A stretch of DNA of 44,741 nt from Meiothermus sp. (GTDB lineage: Bacteria; Deinococcota; Deinococci; Deinococcales; Thermaceae), in the NCBI GenBank assembly GCA_033762915.1, contig JANRLD010000076.1, positions 1 to 44,741 on the forward strand, written 5' to 3'. Within the stretch, counting starts at the first letter, position 1. Each line of letters opens with the position of its first letter. Position numbers and translations under genes: made by a program. Positions 24,336 through 34,803 of this stretch are shown in pieces. Below the pieces are notes generated by a model. The model saw nothing but the letters and a program-made list of their open reading frames with translations, was not told where the DNA came from and made no database searches.

Positions 24336-25334
24336 CTACCCCCGGGCCGAGACGGTGCGGCCCTCGGCGGCGCTCTGGCGGATCATGTCCATCAGCCTGG
24401 CAAAGCGCAGGCCGACCTCGGGGGGGCAGGGGTTGTCTAGCTTTCCCGCCCGTACCCGCAGGAACTGCTCCCAGGGGCCGCTGCTGGCGGCGTATTTCAC
24501 CGGCTTGAACTCGCCCTCGCCGGACTTCTTGATGGACAAGTTCTCGCCCCATATGCCGGTCTTTAGCACCGCCCTGTCGCCAAAAACAGTGACCTCGGAG
24601 TTGCAGTTGATCGAGTCGCCCGCCCCGGTGAGCGAGAAGAAGACGCCGCTCCTCGAGACCCCGCTCACCGAGGAGGCGATCTCCACCGGCGTGCCCCGGT
24701 TGTCGAGCATGGCCGAGACCCGCTCCACGTCCTCGCCCAGCAGTTCCACCACCGTGTTGACCATGTGCGAGCCGGTGTCGAAGAGGAAGCCGCCGCCGGA
24801 GATTTCGGGGTCTTGCCGCCAAGTCCCGATGGTGAATTGCTTCCAGTTCTGGTAGGCCAGCGCCGCGATGGCCGTCACCTTGCCCAGCGCCCCCGTGGCG
24901 ATGAGCCTCTTGGCCTCCCAAACGGCGGGGGAGAGCGAGCCGGGGAAGGCTACGACGACGAGCTGCCCGGTCTGGTCGCGCAGCTTGATGAGCTGTTTGG
25001 CCTCGAGCTGGTTGAGCACCATCGGCTTCTCGAGCAGTACGTCCATCCCGGCCCTGAGGCAGTCGCGGGTGTTCTCGAGGTGGTACTTGTGCGGGGTGAC
25101 GATGAAGGCTGCGTCCGGGCTGCCCTGAGCCTTCACCAGGGCCTTGATGGAGTTGTAAAAGGGGGGACACTCGAGGCCGTGCGCCTCAAGCAGGGCGGCG
25201 GTCTCGAGGCGGCTGGCCTCGCTGGTCTCCACAAACCCCACCAGCTTGGTGGTGCGCGGCATTCTCAGCATGCTGTTCAGGTGAGCCCTGGCCATCCCGC
25301 CGGTGCCTACGATGATGGTTTTGACTTGCGGCAT
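24336..25334 (-). CDS. Gfo/Idh/MocA family oxidoreductase
   Basis: IVGTGGMA, VLLEKPM, GGGFLFDTGSH. Confidence 0.92.
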   Translation of the reverse strand: MPQVKTIIVGTGGMARAHLNSMLRMPRTTKLVGFVETSEASRLETAALLEAHGLECPPFYNSIKALVKAQGSPDAAFIVTPHKYHLENTRDCLRAGMDVLLEKPMVLNQLEAKQLIKLRDQTGQLVVVAFPGSLSPAVWEAKRLIATGALGKVTAIAALAYQNWKQFTIGTWRQDPEISGGGFLFDTGSHMVNTVVELLGEDVERVSAMLDNRGTPVEIASSVSGVSRSGVFFSLTGAGDSINCNSEVTVFGDRAVLKTGIWGENLSIKKSGEGEFKPVKYAASSGPWEQFLRVRAGKLDNPCPPEVGLRFARLMDMIRQSAAEGRTVSARG

Positions 25335-25713
25335 GGGCGTAGTGTATAGGCCGTTGGTGGATGGCGGATAGCAGATAGCAGAAGGCGAGGGCAAAGGAAA
25401 GAGGTGGAAAGGGAAGGCGAGGTTAAGCGCGACCCCTGACGTGTGCAGCGACCTTGGTTCGGGTGGGAGTCTCGAGTGTAGCCCAATCGGTCTGCCGTAA
25501 CCCTCAGGGGGGACGCAAGACGCGGGACTCGGGTACGTCGCGCTTCCGCACCGCAGGCCCTGGCGTCGCCCTTGACTTCGCTCCGCCGCCCTCCGCCCGC
25601 TGCCTACTCCTCCCGTTACCTGTCGTTACTCCCGCCTCCCTGAGTAACACTTCATCCCTGTGCGGTTATTTGGCTCTCATTCTCACTTTGACACCCCGTA
25701 TACTGCCCTCGGC

Positions 25714-26736
25714 ATGTTGCAGCGTTACCTGTTGCGCGAGGCGCTTTCGATCTATCTGCTGGGGGTATTGCTTTTCGTGGGTCTGCTGACCTTCGACCTG
25801 CTCTCCTCGCTGTCGGGGGCCTTTCTGCGGGCCAGGACGCCGGTGGGGGAGATCGTGCAGATGGTACTGTACCGGATGCCCAACACCCTGGGCATCGCGC
25901 TCCCGCTGGGGATTGTCTTCGCGCTGCTGGTGGCGCTGGCGAGGTGGATTCGCCAGTCCGAGCTCAAGGCCATCTACGCCTCGGGGATCGCGCCGCGTGC
26001 GTTTATCCCAGCAGTGCTGTTGGTGGGCTCGGTGATTGCGGGCCTGGTTTTCTTGAACGAAGGCTGGCTCAAGCCCTACGCCCAGGAGCGCTTCGACAAG
26101 CTGTGGTACAAGCTCTACTACGGCAATGAGCCCTCTGGCGTGCTGCAAGACCGTACCTACACCCCCGAGGGGTTGGGGGTCTACTACGCCCAGCGGGTCG
26201 CGCCCGCGGCGGCGGGTCAGGAGGCGGCGGGCTCGAGCCTGGAGAACATCCGCGTCATCGAGCCCGGTGGCTCGATCTGGACGGCCAGCCGGGGGGTCTG
26301 GGTAGACGGGGCCTGGAAGGTGCGGGACGCCTACCGCACCGACCCGGGCGGCAAAATTACGCGGGTGGAGGAGTGGAACCTGCCCTTCCCGCCCGGCGTG
26401 CAGGCCCGGGCGGTCAGCTTCGAGGCCATGCCCCAGGCACAGCTTCAGGCCATCGCCCAGGCCGACCCCGACGCCCAGTTCCCCCTGGCCCGGCGCTACG
26501 CCAACGCGGTGGGGGCCGTCATCATGGCCTGGCTGGCCCTGGTGATTGGGCTCGGTCTGCGCGAGAGCGCCTGGGCCTTCATCGCCGTGGTGGCGATGAT
26601 CTTCGGCTACTGGACGCTGTGGGCGCTCTCGGCCCAGTTCGCCCGCGTAGACCTGCTCAGCAGCTACGGCGCGTGGCTGCCGAACGCGGTCTTCGCGCTG
26701 GCGGCGGCGGGGTTCACCTGGAGGCTGACGCGATGA
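25714..26736 (+). CDS. LptF/LptG family permease
   Basis: MLQRYLLRE, SELKAIYASG, AWLPN. Confidence 0.85.
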   Translation: MLQRYLLREALSIYLLGVLLFVGLLTFDLLSSLSGAFLRARTPVGEIVQMVLYRMPNTLGIALPLGIVFALLVALARWIRQSELKAIYASGIAPRAFIPAVLLVGSVIAGLVFLNEGWLKPYAQERFDKLWYKLYYGNEPSGVLQDRTYTPEGLGVYYAQRVAPAAAGQEAAGSSLENIRVIEPGGSIWTASRGVWVDGAWKVRDAYRTDPGGKITRVEEWNLPFPPGVQARAVSFEAMPQAQLQAIAQADPDAQFPLARRYANAVGAVIMAWLALVIGLGLRESAWAFIAVVAMIFGYWTLWALSAQFARVDLLSSYGAWLPNAVFALAAAGFTWRLTR

Positions 26737-26839
26737 GACGTACCAATAGAGGGGGGAAGGGGGGAGGGAAGCAAACCCTTGCCTTTTCTTCCTGCTTTCC
26801 GCCTCTCCCCCTCTCCCTCTGCTCCCGAAGGAGGCCCGC

Positions 26840-27880
26840 GTGAACGTCCTGGACCGCTACGTCAGCCGGGAGGTGGGAATCTCGGTGGTGGCCGGGCTGG
26901 CGGTGATGGCGCTGGCGTTTCTGGGGGGGTATCTGTACGAGGTGCTGGCCCCGCTGCTCTCGAGGGGGGCCGACCCCTTCATCGTCAGCCAGTACCTGGC
27001 CTACCGTCTGCCCGATGCCCTGGTGCGGGGGGCGCCGCTGGCCTTCTTGTTCGCGCTGCTGCTGGTGCTGACCCGCATGGGCGAGGAGTCGGAGCTGAAG
27101 GCGATGCTCTCGAGCGGGGTTTCCAAGGTGCGGGTGCTGTTCCCGTTGCTGCTGCTGGGGACGCTGATCTTTGTGGTGTGTCTGGTCGCGGCGGACAGCC
27201 TGGTGCCGCGGGGCATTCAGCAGGGGCAGAGCGTACTGCGGCAGGCGGTGCTGCAAAAGCCCAGGGCGCTCTTGGAGCCCGGCACCCGCCTGACCGACGC
27301 CTACGGGCGGATCGTCTATGTGGGGCAGGTGAACGACGACAGCATCGGGCAGGTGCGGGTTATCACCAACGAGGAAGTGCTGGTGGCCGAGGAGGGGCGC
27401 TTCGAGGCAGGCAATCTGGTGCTGTCTAAGGGTCTGCGCACCACCTTCGACGGCGCGCGCCCGCGCACGGTGGCCCAGTTCGATAGGGCGGTGGTGCCGC
27501 TGGTCGAGCTGAGCCTCGAGCCGCCCGGCGGCCTGTTCAGCCTGACCGTGGGCCAGCTGCGCGAGCGCATCGCCCAGTACCGTTCGCAGAACCTCCCCTA
27601 TCACGCCGAGCTGACCGCCCTTAATCGAAAGTGGGCCGAGCCCGCTGCTGTCTACTCCTTCGCCGTTTTCGCGGTGGGGCTGGCCTTCTACCTGCTGGGT
27701 GGAAGCCGCAGCCTGGGGCTTCTGGGGGTGGTGGTCTTAACCTTTATCTACTACGCCACATGGAGCGTCGGGCGCATCATGGGTGAGCAAGGGGTGATCC
27801 ACCCCGTCATCGCCGCCTGGGGGCCGAACCTGATCTACGCGCTGGCGGGGGTGGTGTTGCTGAGACTGGGTAAGAGATGA
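26840..27880 (+). CDS. LptF/LptG family permease
   Basis: LDRYVSRE, ESELKAMLSSG, AAWGPN. Confidence 0.87.
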   Translation: MNVLDRYVSREVGISVVAGLAVMALAFLGGYLYEVLAPLLSRGADPFIVSQYLAYRLPDALVRGAPLAFLFALLLVLTRMGEESELKAMLSSGVSKVRVLFPLLLLGTLIFVVCLVAADSLVPRGIQQGQSVLRQAVLQKPRALLEPGTRLTDAYGRIVYVGQVNDDSIGQVRVITNEEVLVAEEGRFEAGNLVLSKGLRTTFDGARPRTVAQFDRAVVPLVELSLEPPGGLFSLTVGQLRERIAQYRSQNLPYHAELTALNRKWAEPAAVYSFAVFAVGLAFYLLGGSRSLGLLGVVVLTFIYYATWSVGRIMGEQGVIHPVIAAWGPNLIYALAGVVLLRLGKR

Positions 27881-30800
27881 TGGAGGGAAGAGGGAGGAGG
27901 GAGGGGGGAAGGCCTGGGGACTTTCGGCCTGTAGCCTTTGGCCGTTGGCTCGAGGGTCAAGGGCCTGGCGCGCGCACCGCGACCTTCGACCTCCGACCGT
28001 TCACCTTTTTGCCTTTGCTGCTGTTCACCCTGCTCCTCCTCGCCTCTCCGGCCCTGGCCCAGAACAACCAGCCTCCCGGCAGTCAGCCGCCCGGCAGTCA
28101 GCGCCCCAGCACCAACAACCCCGATGCCCCCGCCGATGGCAACGTGCTCAAGGTGCTCGAGGCCGAGCGGCTCGAGCTGCGCAATGAGGGCGGGGAAGAC
28201 CTGGTTATCCTCAGCGGCAGCCCGGTGCGCATGGACCGCAACGGGGAGAGCATCCAGGCCGAGCGGGTCTTGTTCAACCGCACCGCCAAGCGGCTGCAAC
28301 TGCTGGGCAAGGTGCGCTACGTGGACAAGCAGGGGCAGGTCATCGAGGCCGACGAGCTAGAGCTCAACACCGCCGACGAGAGCTTCGAGGCCATCAGCGT
28401 CAAGATAGACTCGGGCGATTTCTACCTCTCGGGGCCGGTCTGCCAGCGGGCGGCGGGGCAGATTTTCCTTAGCCAGGGCTACCTCACGCCCTGCGAGCGC
28501 TGCGAGCAAGAGGTCAACGATTACTCCTTCACCGCCGAGGAGGTGCTGCTCTATCCGGGCGACCGGATCATCGCCAGGGGGGTCTGGGTGATGCTGAAGG
28601 AGCAGCGGCAGATGTACCTGCCGGTGCTCCTGCTGTTCCTCAACGACCGGCGGCCCAAGCTCGAGTTTGGCCAGAACGCCGCCGACGGCACCTTCGTGTT
28701 GGCCGAGCTGCCCTATGTGACCGACTTCGGGCTGGGCTTCACCCTGCTGCGCTACTTCGAAACGCGGGGCTGGGGGATCGGCTTCGACCACTTCGGCATC
28801 GGCCCGGCCAAGGAGCGCTACCAGTTCCTCTACCTACCCCCCCCGGCCAACGCCAAAACCTTGCCCGAGACCGACCCCACCAAGGACGGCATCCTGCGCT
28901 ACAACCTCAGCTACCAACTGGGCCAGAACGACAGTGCCGCCCCGCTGCTGGTGGATGGCCTGATCACCCGCAACGACGGGGCGGGCCTGCCGGCCACCGA
29001 GCCGGGGCGCACGGGCGACCTGACCGAGGGGCGTTTCCGCGAGGGGCAGGCCGACAAAACCAACTTCCGCCTCCAGGTGCAGACCCGCAGCCTCGAGCCC
29101 GGCTCCTTCGACCCCACCTACCGCCTGCGCCTCGAGTTCGAGCTGGACAACAACCTGACCTCCACCCCCAACGAGCCGCAAGGGGTGCAGTACCTGCCAG
29201 AGCTCGAGGCGCGCTCGGCCCAGCAGCCCTGGCGCGACGAGAGCGGCTTCCAGATCCAGAGCTGGTCTATCCTGGCGGGCTACTACCGGGCGGCCTCCAA
29301 CCCCACCAACCGCAGCGCGCGGCTCCTGGGGCCGTTCATCGGGGCGGGGCGCCTGCAGATCAGCCACAACACCTCCTTCACCCCCAACGCCCCGCCCTGG
29401 CCCGGCCTCAGCTACCAGGCCGCCAACCAGTTCGTGGGCAACTACTACACCACCCAGAACCCCGGCGGCGAGGTCGAGCGCATCATCACCTGGAGCACCA
29501 CCGCCAACATTAATCAGACCGCGGGCGGCTTCCGGGTGGGCCTGGACTTCAGCCGCCGGGTGATCGAGGGTGAGTCGCCCTTCGAGTCCTTCGAACTGGG
29601 CAACCAGCGGCCCAGCAAGAACACCACCCTCAAGGGCGACATCGGCTTCACCGACCCGCTCTTCAGCCTGAGCGCCACCACCACCCGCGACCTCGAGAAG
29701 GGCGAGTACCAGCCCGCCCAGTTCAGCCTGGCCCTCAACCCCGCCACGTGGCTGCGCCTGAGCAGTGGTCTGGAGCGTGATATCCAGAACGGCAAGTGGG
29801 GCCTGCTCACCAGCAGCCTGGTGCTCTCGCCCAACCCCTTCGCGCTCAACCTCAGCTACTCCCGCAACCTCGAGCTGGGTCTCGACCGCAGCTTCTCGCT
29901 GTCCAGCCAGTACAACCCCGCGCCCTGGGGCTTTTCGCTCAACACCGGCTACCAGTGGACCAACGTGGAGAGCCTCGAGAAGCGCACCGGCTTGTGCGCC
30001 CAACCTGCACAAGGTCAGCCAGGCCAGCCGGCCCAGCAGAACTGTATCCTCGAGATCAACCGCTACAACAACCTGGTGGCCTCGGCCTCCTATGCCCCGC
30101 AGGGCTTCAGCTCGAGCCTCAGCCACAACCGCGACCTCAACAATGGGCAGGCCGTCTCCACCACCCTCAACCTTAATCAGCCTGCCAGCGTAGACAACCC
30201 CGGCGGCCTCTTCTTCGGCCTCCAGCAGACCCTCAACCACCTCTACTTCCCGCTGCCCCAGCCGGGCCAAACCGTCCAGCCGCAGGGAATTCCCCTCAGC
30301 CTGAGCGGCAGCGCCAACCTCGGTTTCGGGCTGCACAACTTCGCCTTCAACAACAACGTCGTGCTGCTCGACCCGCGCACCGGCTTCGGTAACTTCCAGA
30401 CGGCGGGCCTCAGCCTGGGCTACAACTACGCGGCGGGGCAGTACGCCGCCACCCTCAGCGGCACCTACAACCTGCGCTTCGGCTTCTGGATCAACCCCCT
30501 GCTCACCCTGACCGCCAAGATCAGCGAGCCCAGCTACGTGGTTCAAAACGTCTCGGCGGTCTACCACTTCGCCGAACTCTACGACCGCGCCGAGACCCCC
30601 GAGGACGACCGCCAGCCCTTCCTGCGCAGCCTGGCCTTCCAGGGCGAGGCCGAAATTCTGCCCGCCCCGCTGCGCCCCGAAGACCCGCCGGGCCTATCGC
30701 TCCAGGGCAGCCTGAACCTCGACCGCAACCCCACCACGGGCCGCTTCGGGGTCAACCTCCGCGAGTTCGGCCCCACCTTCAGCTTCATGGGCCTCGAGCA

Positions 30801-31065
30801 GACCCGCGTCTTCTACCGCATCCTCTGGAACACCCAGGGCCAGCAGTTCTTCTTGCCCAACCTCGAGGGCACTATCCTCAAGCCGCGCCTGGAGTTGATC
30901 ATAGACCGCTGCTGCTGGGCCTTCCGCAGCAGCCTGGACTTCGCCAGCAGCGAGTTCAAGTTCTCGCTCGTGCTGGGCGGCGACGGGGCCGACTTCTTCT
31001 TCAACGAGCGCCAGTTCGGCCTGCCGGGGGGGATTACCTTCCCGACGCCGGGGAGGAACCGATGA
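27877..31065 (+). CDS. LptD-like outer-membrane beta-barrel protein (true start probably downstream)
   Basis: Signal peptide ending ALA-Q; OstA-like N domain; beta-strand-rich; follows lptF/G. Confidence 0.72.
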   Translation: MMEGRGRREGGRPGDFRPVAFGRWLEGQGPGARTATFDLRPFTFLPLLLFTLLLLASPALAQNNQPPGSQPPGSQRPSTNNPDAPADGNVLKVLEAERLELRNEGGEDLVILSGSPVRMDRNGESIQAERVLFNRTAKRLQLLGKVRYVDKQGQVIEADELELNTADESFEAISVKIDSGDFYLSGPVCQRAAGQIFLSQGYLTPCERCEQEVNDYSFTAEEVLLYPGDRIIARGVWVMLKEQRQMYLPVLLLFLNDRRPKLEFGQNAADGTFVLAELPYVTDFGLGFTLLRYFETRGWGIGFDHFGIGPAKERYQFLYLPPPANAKTLPETDPTKDGILRYNLSYQLGQNDSAAPLLVDGLITRNDGAGLPATEPGRTGDLTEGRFREGQADKTNFRLQVQTRSLEPGSFDPTYRLRLEFELDNNLTSTPNEPQGVQYLPELEARSAQQPWRDESGFQIQSWSILAGYYRAASNPTNRSARLLGPFIGAGRLQISHNTSFTPNAPPWPGLSYQAANQFVGNYYTTQNPGGEVERIITWSTTANINQTAGGFRVGLDFSRRVIEGESPFESFELGNQRPSKNTTLKGDIGFTDPLFSLSATTTRDLEKGEYQPAQFSLALNPATWLRLSSGLERDIQNGKWGLLTSSLVLSPNPFALNLSYSRNLELGLDRSFSLSSQYNPAPWGFSLNTGYQWTNVESLEKRTGLCAQPAQGQPGQPAQQNCILEINRYNNLVASASYAPQGFSSSLSHNRDLNNGQAVSTTLNLNQPASVDNPGGLFFGLQQTLNHLYFPLPQPGQTVQPQGIPLSLSGSANLGFGLHNFAFNNNVVLLDPRTGFGNFQTAGLSLGYNYAAGQYAATLSGTYNLRFGFWINPLLTLTAKISEPSYVVQNVSAVYHFAELYDRAETPEDDRQPFLRSLAFQGEAEILPAPLRPEDPPGLSLQGSLNLDRNPTTGRFGVNLREFGPTFSFMGLEQTRVFYRILWNTQGQQFFLPNLEGTILKPRLELIIDRCCWAFRSSLDFASSEFKFSLVLGGDGADFFFNERQFGLPGGITFPTPGRNR

Positions 31066-32408
31066 ACCTAGAGAGGAGAGGGGAGAGAAGAAAGAGGCCA
31101 GGGAAGGCGACACGGGCGCGGTTTCTCCTTCCTCTTGTTTTCTTCCTCCTTCCTCTGGTTTTTTCGGGTTGTACCGGCAGCAGCGAGGCCCCGCTGCCTG
31201 CGCTGCTGGCGGTCGGGGTGAACCGGGCCGACTTTAGCGCGCCCAACACCCCGACCAACCCCGGCCAGCGCTACGAGGTTCGCTTTTACCCCAGCAACCC
31301 CCTCCAGCCGGGGAACGTGGGCAGCCCGCTGCCCCAGACCATCCCGGCCTGGAACATCGGGGAGCCGCTGGTGGCGCTCTTGTACCGCCGCGACAGCGCC
31401 GGGGGCGAGCAGCTTTGGGTGCTGACTGAGCGCAGCCTCCGCCGCTACCGCTCCGACTTCACCTTCGATGAGCAGGGCGTGCCGCAGGTGGGCACGCCCG
31501 CCGAGCGCGAGCAGTACAACCAGCCGCTGCAGACCACTACCGGGGCGAACACCACCCCGGTGGCCTGCCAGGGCGGCTACATCCGCACGGGGGTGGCCAA
31601 CTTCCTGGTCGTCTGCCCGCCCCAGCGGGCCGCCGACCAGGCCAGCGTCCTCCCCACCGCCTGGCGCATCCCCTACACGGCCGCCAACGAGCCCCTTCCG
31701 GCCCCCATAGACTTGAGCGCCTTCGTGGGTAACCTGCCCCTGCGGCTGGCCCTGGCCCAGGACCGGCGCGGGCAGCCCGACCAACTGCTTTATCTGACCC
31801 CGCGCCAGATCGGGATCGCCTTCCTGGACACCGGCCCCAACCTCACCGAGGCCCTCAACCTTCCCGCCAACCTGACCAACCAGAACACCGCCCCCTCCGA
31901 CCTGACCCTCTCGCCCAGCAACACCGCCCTGGGCCTGCTGGCCCCGCCCAACACCGGCGGCACCCTGCTGCTGACCTGGACCCTCCAGGCTGCCAACAAC
32001 CCCAACCCGGTCTCGCTCGAGAACACCCTGGCCACCCGCCTGAACGGGACGCGCTTCGCCGGTGCCACTGCCGCCACCGCCGGCTCCTCCCCCGTCCACG
32101 TGCTGGGCCAGAGCTTTGCCCGCCTCGAGAACAACGCCCTCCAACTCCCCCCGGAGAACCTCAACCTGAGCCTGGGCTACACCGCCGGGCTGGCCGCCAC
32201 TGACCAGTTCCTCTACCTCACCAGCAGCCAGAACGCCACCCTCACCGTGGTGGACCTGCAGATTCCCACGCCCAACCTGACGAACACGAGCTTTCAACAG
32301 AATTTCTTGAGCCTCCAGTCCATCCCCGCCACCGCCGCCATCCCCAGCCCACCCCCCCTGCTGCCCGCGCTGGCTTTCATCCCGACTGCGGGGGCGGCGG
32401 CACCCTAA
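31062..32408 (+). CDS. Hypothetical lipoprotein
   Basis: Lipobox FSGC; overlaps the upstream stop. Confidence 0.7.
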   Translation: MNLERRGERRKRPGKATRARFLLPLVFFLLPLVFSGCTGSSEAPLPALLAVGVNRADFSAPNTPTNPGQRYEVRFYPSNPLQPGNVGSPLPQTIPAWNIGEPLVALLYRRDSAGGEQLWVLTERSLRRYRSDFTFDEQGVPQVGTPAEREQYNQPLQTTTGANTTPVACQGGYIRTGVANFLVVCPPQRAADQASVLPTAWRIPYTAANEPLPAPIDLSAFVGNLPLRLALAQDRRGQPDQLLYLTPRQIGIAFLDTGPNLTEALNLPANLTNQNTAPSDLTLSPSNTALGLLAPPNTGGTLLLTWTLQAANNPNPVSLENTLATRLNGTRFAGATAATAGSSPVHVLGQSFARLENNALQLPPENLNLSLGYTAGLAATDQFLYLTSSQNATLTVVDLQIPTPNLTNTSFQQNFLSLQSIPATAAIPSPPPLLPALAFIPTAGAAAP

Positions 32409-32505
32409 GGGGGAGGACAAAAGCGAAGGCGAAGGCGGGATGCGTGCAGCCCCCCTCGGGTAAGGGGACTTTGTGCCGGCTGAGAAGGTGTAGTTTAGGT
32501 GTTGT

Positions 32506-32904
32506 ATGACCCAGGGCGAAGTTCATCATATCGGGATCGCGGTCGAGGACTTGGCGACCGCGGCCAAGCCGTACCAGGTTTTGGGCTACGAGCTCGAGGC
32601 CGCCGACACCGTAGAGAGCCAAGGGGTGGAGGTCTGGATGCTCAAGTGTGGGCATAGCCGCCTTGAGCTGCTCCGGGCCACCAGGCCCGATTCTGCCATT
32701 GCCAAGTTCATCGAGAAGCGCGGCGCGGGGATGCACCACGTCGCGCTGGCGACCCCCGACATCAGGGCCGAACTGGCGCGGCTCGAGGCCCAGCACGTCC
32801 CCCTGATTGACACGGCCCCGCGCCCCGGCTTCGGTGGTCATCTGGTAGCCTTTATCCACCCCAAGTGGAGCGGGGTGCTGATCGAGCTGGTGGAGGCGCA
32901 CTAA
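32506..32904 (+). CDS. mce: Methylmalonyl-CoA epimerase (VOC family)
   Basis: HHIGIAV, GMHHVA, AFIHPK, GVLIELVE. Confidence 0.88.
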   Translation: MTQGEVHHIGIAVEDLATAAKPYQVLGYELEAADTVESQGVEVWMLKCGHSRLELLRATRPDSAIAKFIEKRGAGMHHVALATPDIRAELARLEAQHVPLIDTAPRPGFGGHLVAFIHPKWSGVLIELVEAH

Positions 32905-33184
32905 GTTGCGCCAGGGTGTGCGAGGTCAGAGGGGCAACCGTGACGTACCTGGCGCAGTTCCCACGGGCGTTTCGGGGCGCCATCTCGCAGTTCAACGGAC
33001 TGGTCACAAAGTTTTTTGTCCGTCTGCGGGGAACGGGCCCGAGCACGCCAGGGCCGGGGCCGTAAACCCCCAAAACATCGAACTAACCGAACTCTGAGCC
33101 GGGCAGCCAACAACGGCAAAAAATGCCAAGCGATTAGCCCTAAACTTCCCCTACCTCTTCCACGCTCCCCGTTCCCTCTTCCGC

Positions 33185-33571
33185 ATGAAGCCCGACTGGA
33201 GATTCCTCACCGCCGCCGCCCTCTACATGGGCGCGATATTCTGGCTTTCGGCGCAGCCTGGAGATCGGGTGGGGATTCCTGCGCCGTGGGATAAGCTGGT
33301 TCACGCCACCGCCTACGCGGTGCTGGGGGCGCTGCTGCAGCTGGGTCTGGGTCGACCGGCGGTGGCCTGGGTGATTGCCACGCTGTATGGCCTGAGCGAC
33401 GAGGTGCACCAGTACTTCGTGCCGGGGCGGATGTTCGACCTGGGGGACTGGCTGGCGGACGCGGTGGGCGCGGCCCTGGGGGCTTACTGGGCCTTGCGGT
33501 GGCGCAAGGTCTCAAACACCGTGAAGGCCAGCGACACCACCACGACCGTCCCCACCGCCAGGAGCAAGTAG
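33185..33571 (+). CDS. VanZ family protein
   Basis: DKLVHATAYAVLG, DEVHQYFVPGR; 3' end overlaps dedA by 88 bp. Confidence 0.88.
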   Translation: MKPDWRFLTAAALYMGAIFWLSAQPGDRVGIPAPWDKLVHATAYAVLGALLQLGLGRPAVAWVIATLYGLSDEVHQYFVPGRMFDLGDWLADAVGAALGAYWALRWRKVSNTVKASDTTTTVPTARSK

Positions 33572-34068
33572 CGCTCCATGATCTGGGGGGGGATCAGCTT
33601 GCCCAGGAAGAACCCCAGCAGGGTCACGCCCTGTGTCCAGAGCAGGCTGCCGACGAGGTTCAGCGAGGCAAAGCGCAGCCAGGGATAGCCCGTGGCCCCG
33701 CAGAAGAACGGTGTTAAGGTGCGCACGATCGGCACAAACGGCCCCAGCACGACCGCCAGGGGGCCGAAGCGGTTCATGAAGGCGTGGGTTTTCTCGAGAT
33801 AATCCGGGCGCACACGGCGCTCGAGGGCGGGCCCCAACCGCTTGCCCCACCAGTAGCCCACGTTGTTGCCGAGCACCGAGGCCACGAAGAGGGTGATCAG
33901 CACGACGGGAATCTCGAGTTTGCCCCCCGCCGCCAGTGCCCCCGCCGAGAACAGCAGGGTGTCCCCCGGCAGGAAGAACCCCACCAGCAGTCCTGTCTCC
34001 GCGAACACGATCCCGAACAGCCCCAGATACCCTACGGTCTGAATCAGGCTCTCCAGGTCCCAGTGCAT
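33484..34068 (-). CDS. DedA family membrane protein
   Basis: FAETGLLVGFFLPGDTLLF, FVPIVRT. Confidence 0.92.
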   Translation of the reverse strand: MHWDLESLIQTVGYLGLFGIVFAETGLLVGFFLPGDTLLFSAGALAAGGKLEIPVVLITLFVASVLGNNVGYWWGKRLGPALERRVRPDYLEKTHAFMNRFGPLAVVLGPFVPIVRTLTPFFCGATGYPWLRFASLNLVGSLLWTQGVTLLGFFLGKLIPPQIMERYLLLAVGTVVVVSLAFTVFETLRHRKAQ

Positions 34069-34197
34069 ACGGTAGTCCACGCTACAGGGAAACGGAGGTC
34101 GGCGCAAGCGAGAATGAACCGTCGGGGGTCGGGGCAGGCCATCCGAGTTGTGGCTCGAGGGGCGGGTTTGGCACGATCGGGGACCGTTCGCTTGAGG

Positions 34198-34644
34198 TCA
34201 GTTTCGGGCCAACTCGAGTACACCCATCATCCACTCGAAGTATGACGGGGCAAGGTCTTCTACGAAAGCGCGACTTTCATGCGACCAGAAGCTGATCATG
34301 TACTCGCCGTTTGCTGTGGGACGGTCTGTGTCAATGCAATCGCCGAACCCGTCGGCTCGAATCGGGATCAGGGCGCCGGAGAAAGCCGTGTAGGCAAATC
34401 TGTTTCTGAGCCAGAGGGTGGTTTCCACAACGTCCAGGTGCTTGGGGCTGCCAAGGCCGAAGAATTTCTCCGAGCCAACCCCGCCACAACCGAACTCGCT
34501 CAGGAACTCTGTGTACTGGGGTGGGAAGCGTACGCCCAGCCTCTCTTGAGCCAGACTAATTTGCTCCGGCGCTACTTTGCCTGAAAACTCAACGTTTTCG
34601 TGCCCGGATATCGCCTTTTTAACTTCCCTGAGGGTCAAAGCCAC
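34198..34644 (-). CDS. SMI1/KNR4 family protein
   Basis: EQISLAQERLGVRFPPQYTEFL...SYFEWM. Confidence 0.8.
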   Translation of the reverse strand: MALTLREVKKAISGHENVEFSGKVAPEQISLAQERLGVRFPPQYTEFLSEFGCGGVGSEKFFGLGSPKHLDVVETTLWLRNRFAYTAFSGALIPIRADGFGDCIDTDRPTANGEYMISFWSHESRAFVEDLAPSYFEWMMGVLELARN

Positions 34645-34803
34645 CTGTTTAAGTTGCGCCAGGGTGAAAGTATGGAATCGGCGGAAGCGGCAAATACATG
34701 CCAGGGCGGAGTGGCGTGCGCCATAGCCACGGAGCGGCTACCCGAGGCGCGATTCCCTGCGGGAGCCGACGGGCGACATTTCGCATTGCAACTATGCAGA
34801 CCC

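Noticed and set aside
28834..32420. Long antisense ORFs (577 and 450 aa)
   Set aside because: Shadow frames of high-GC + strand genes
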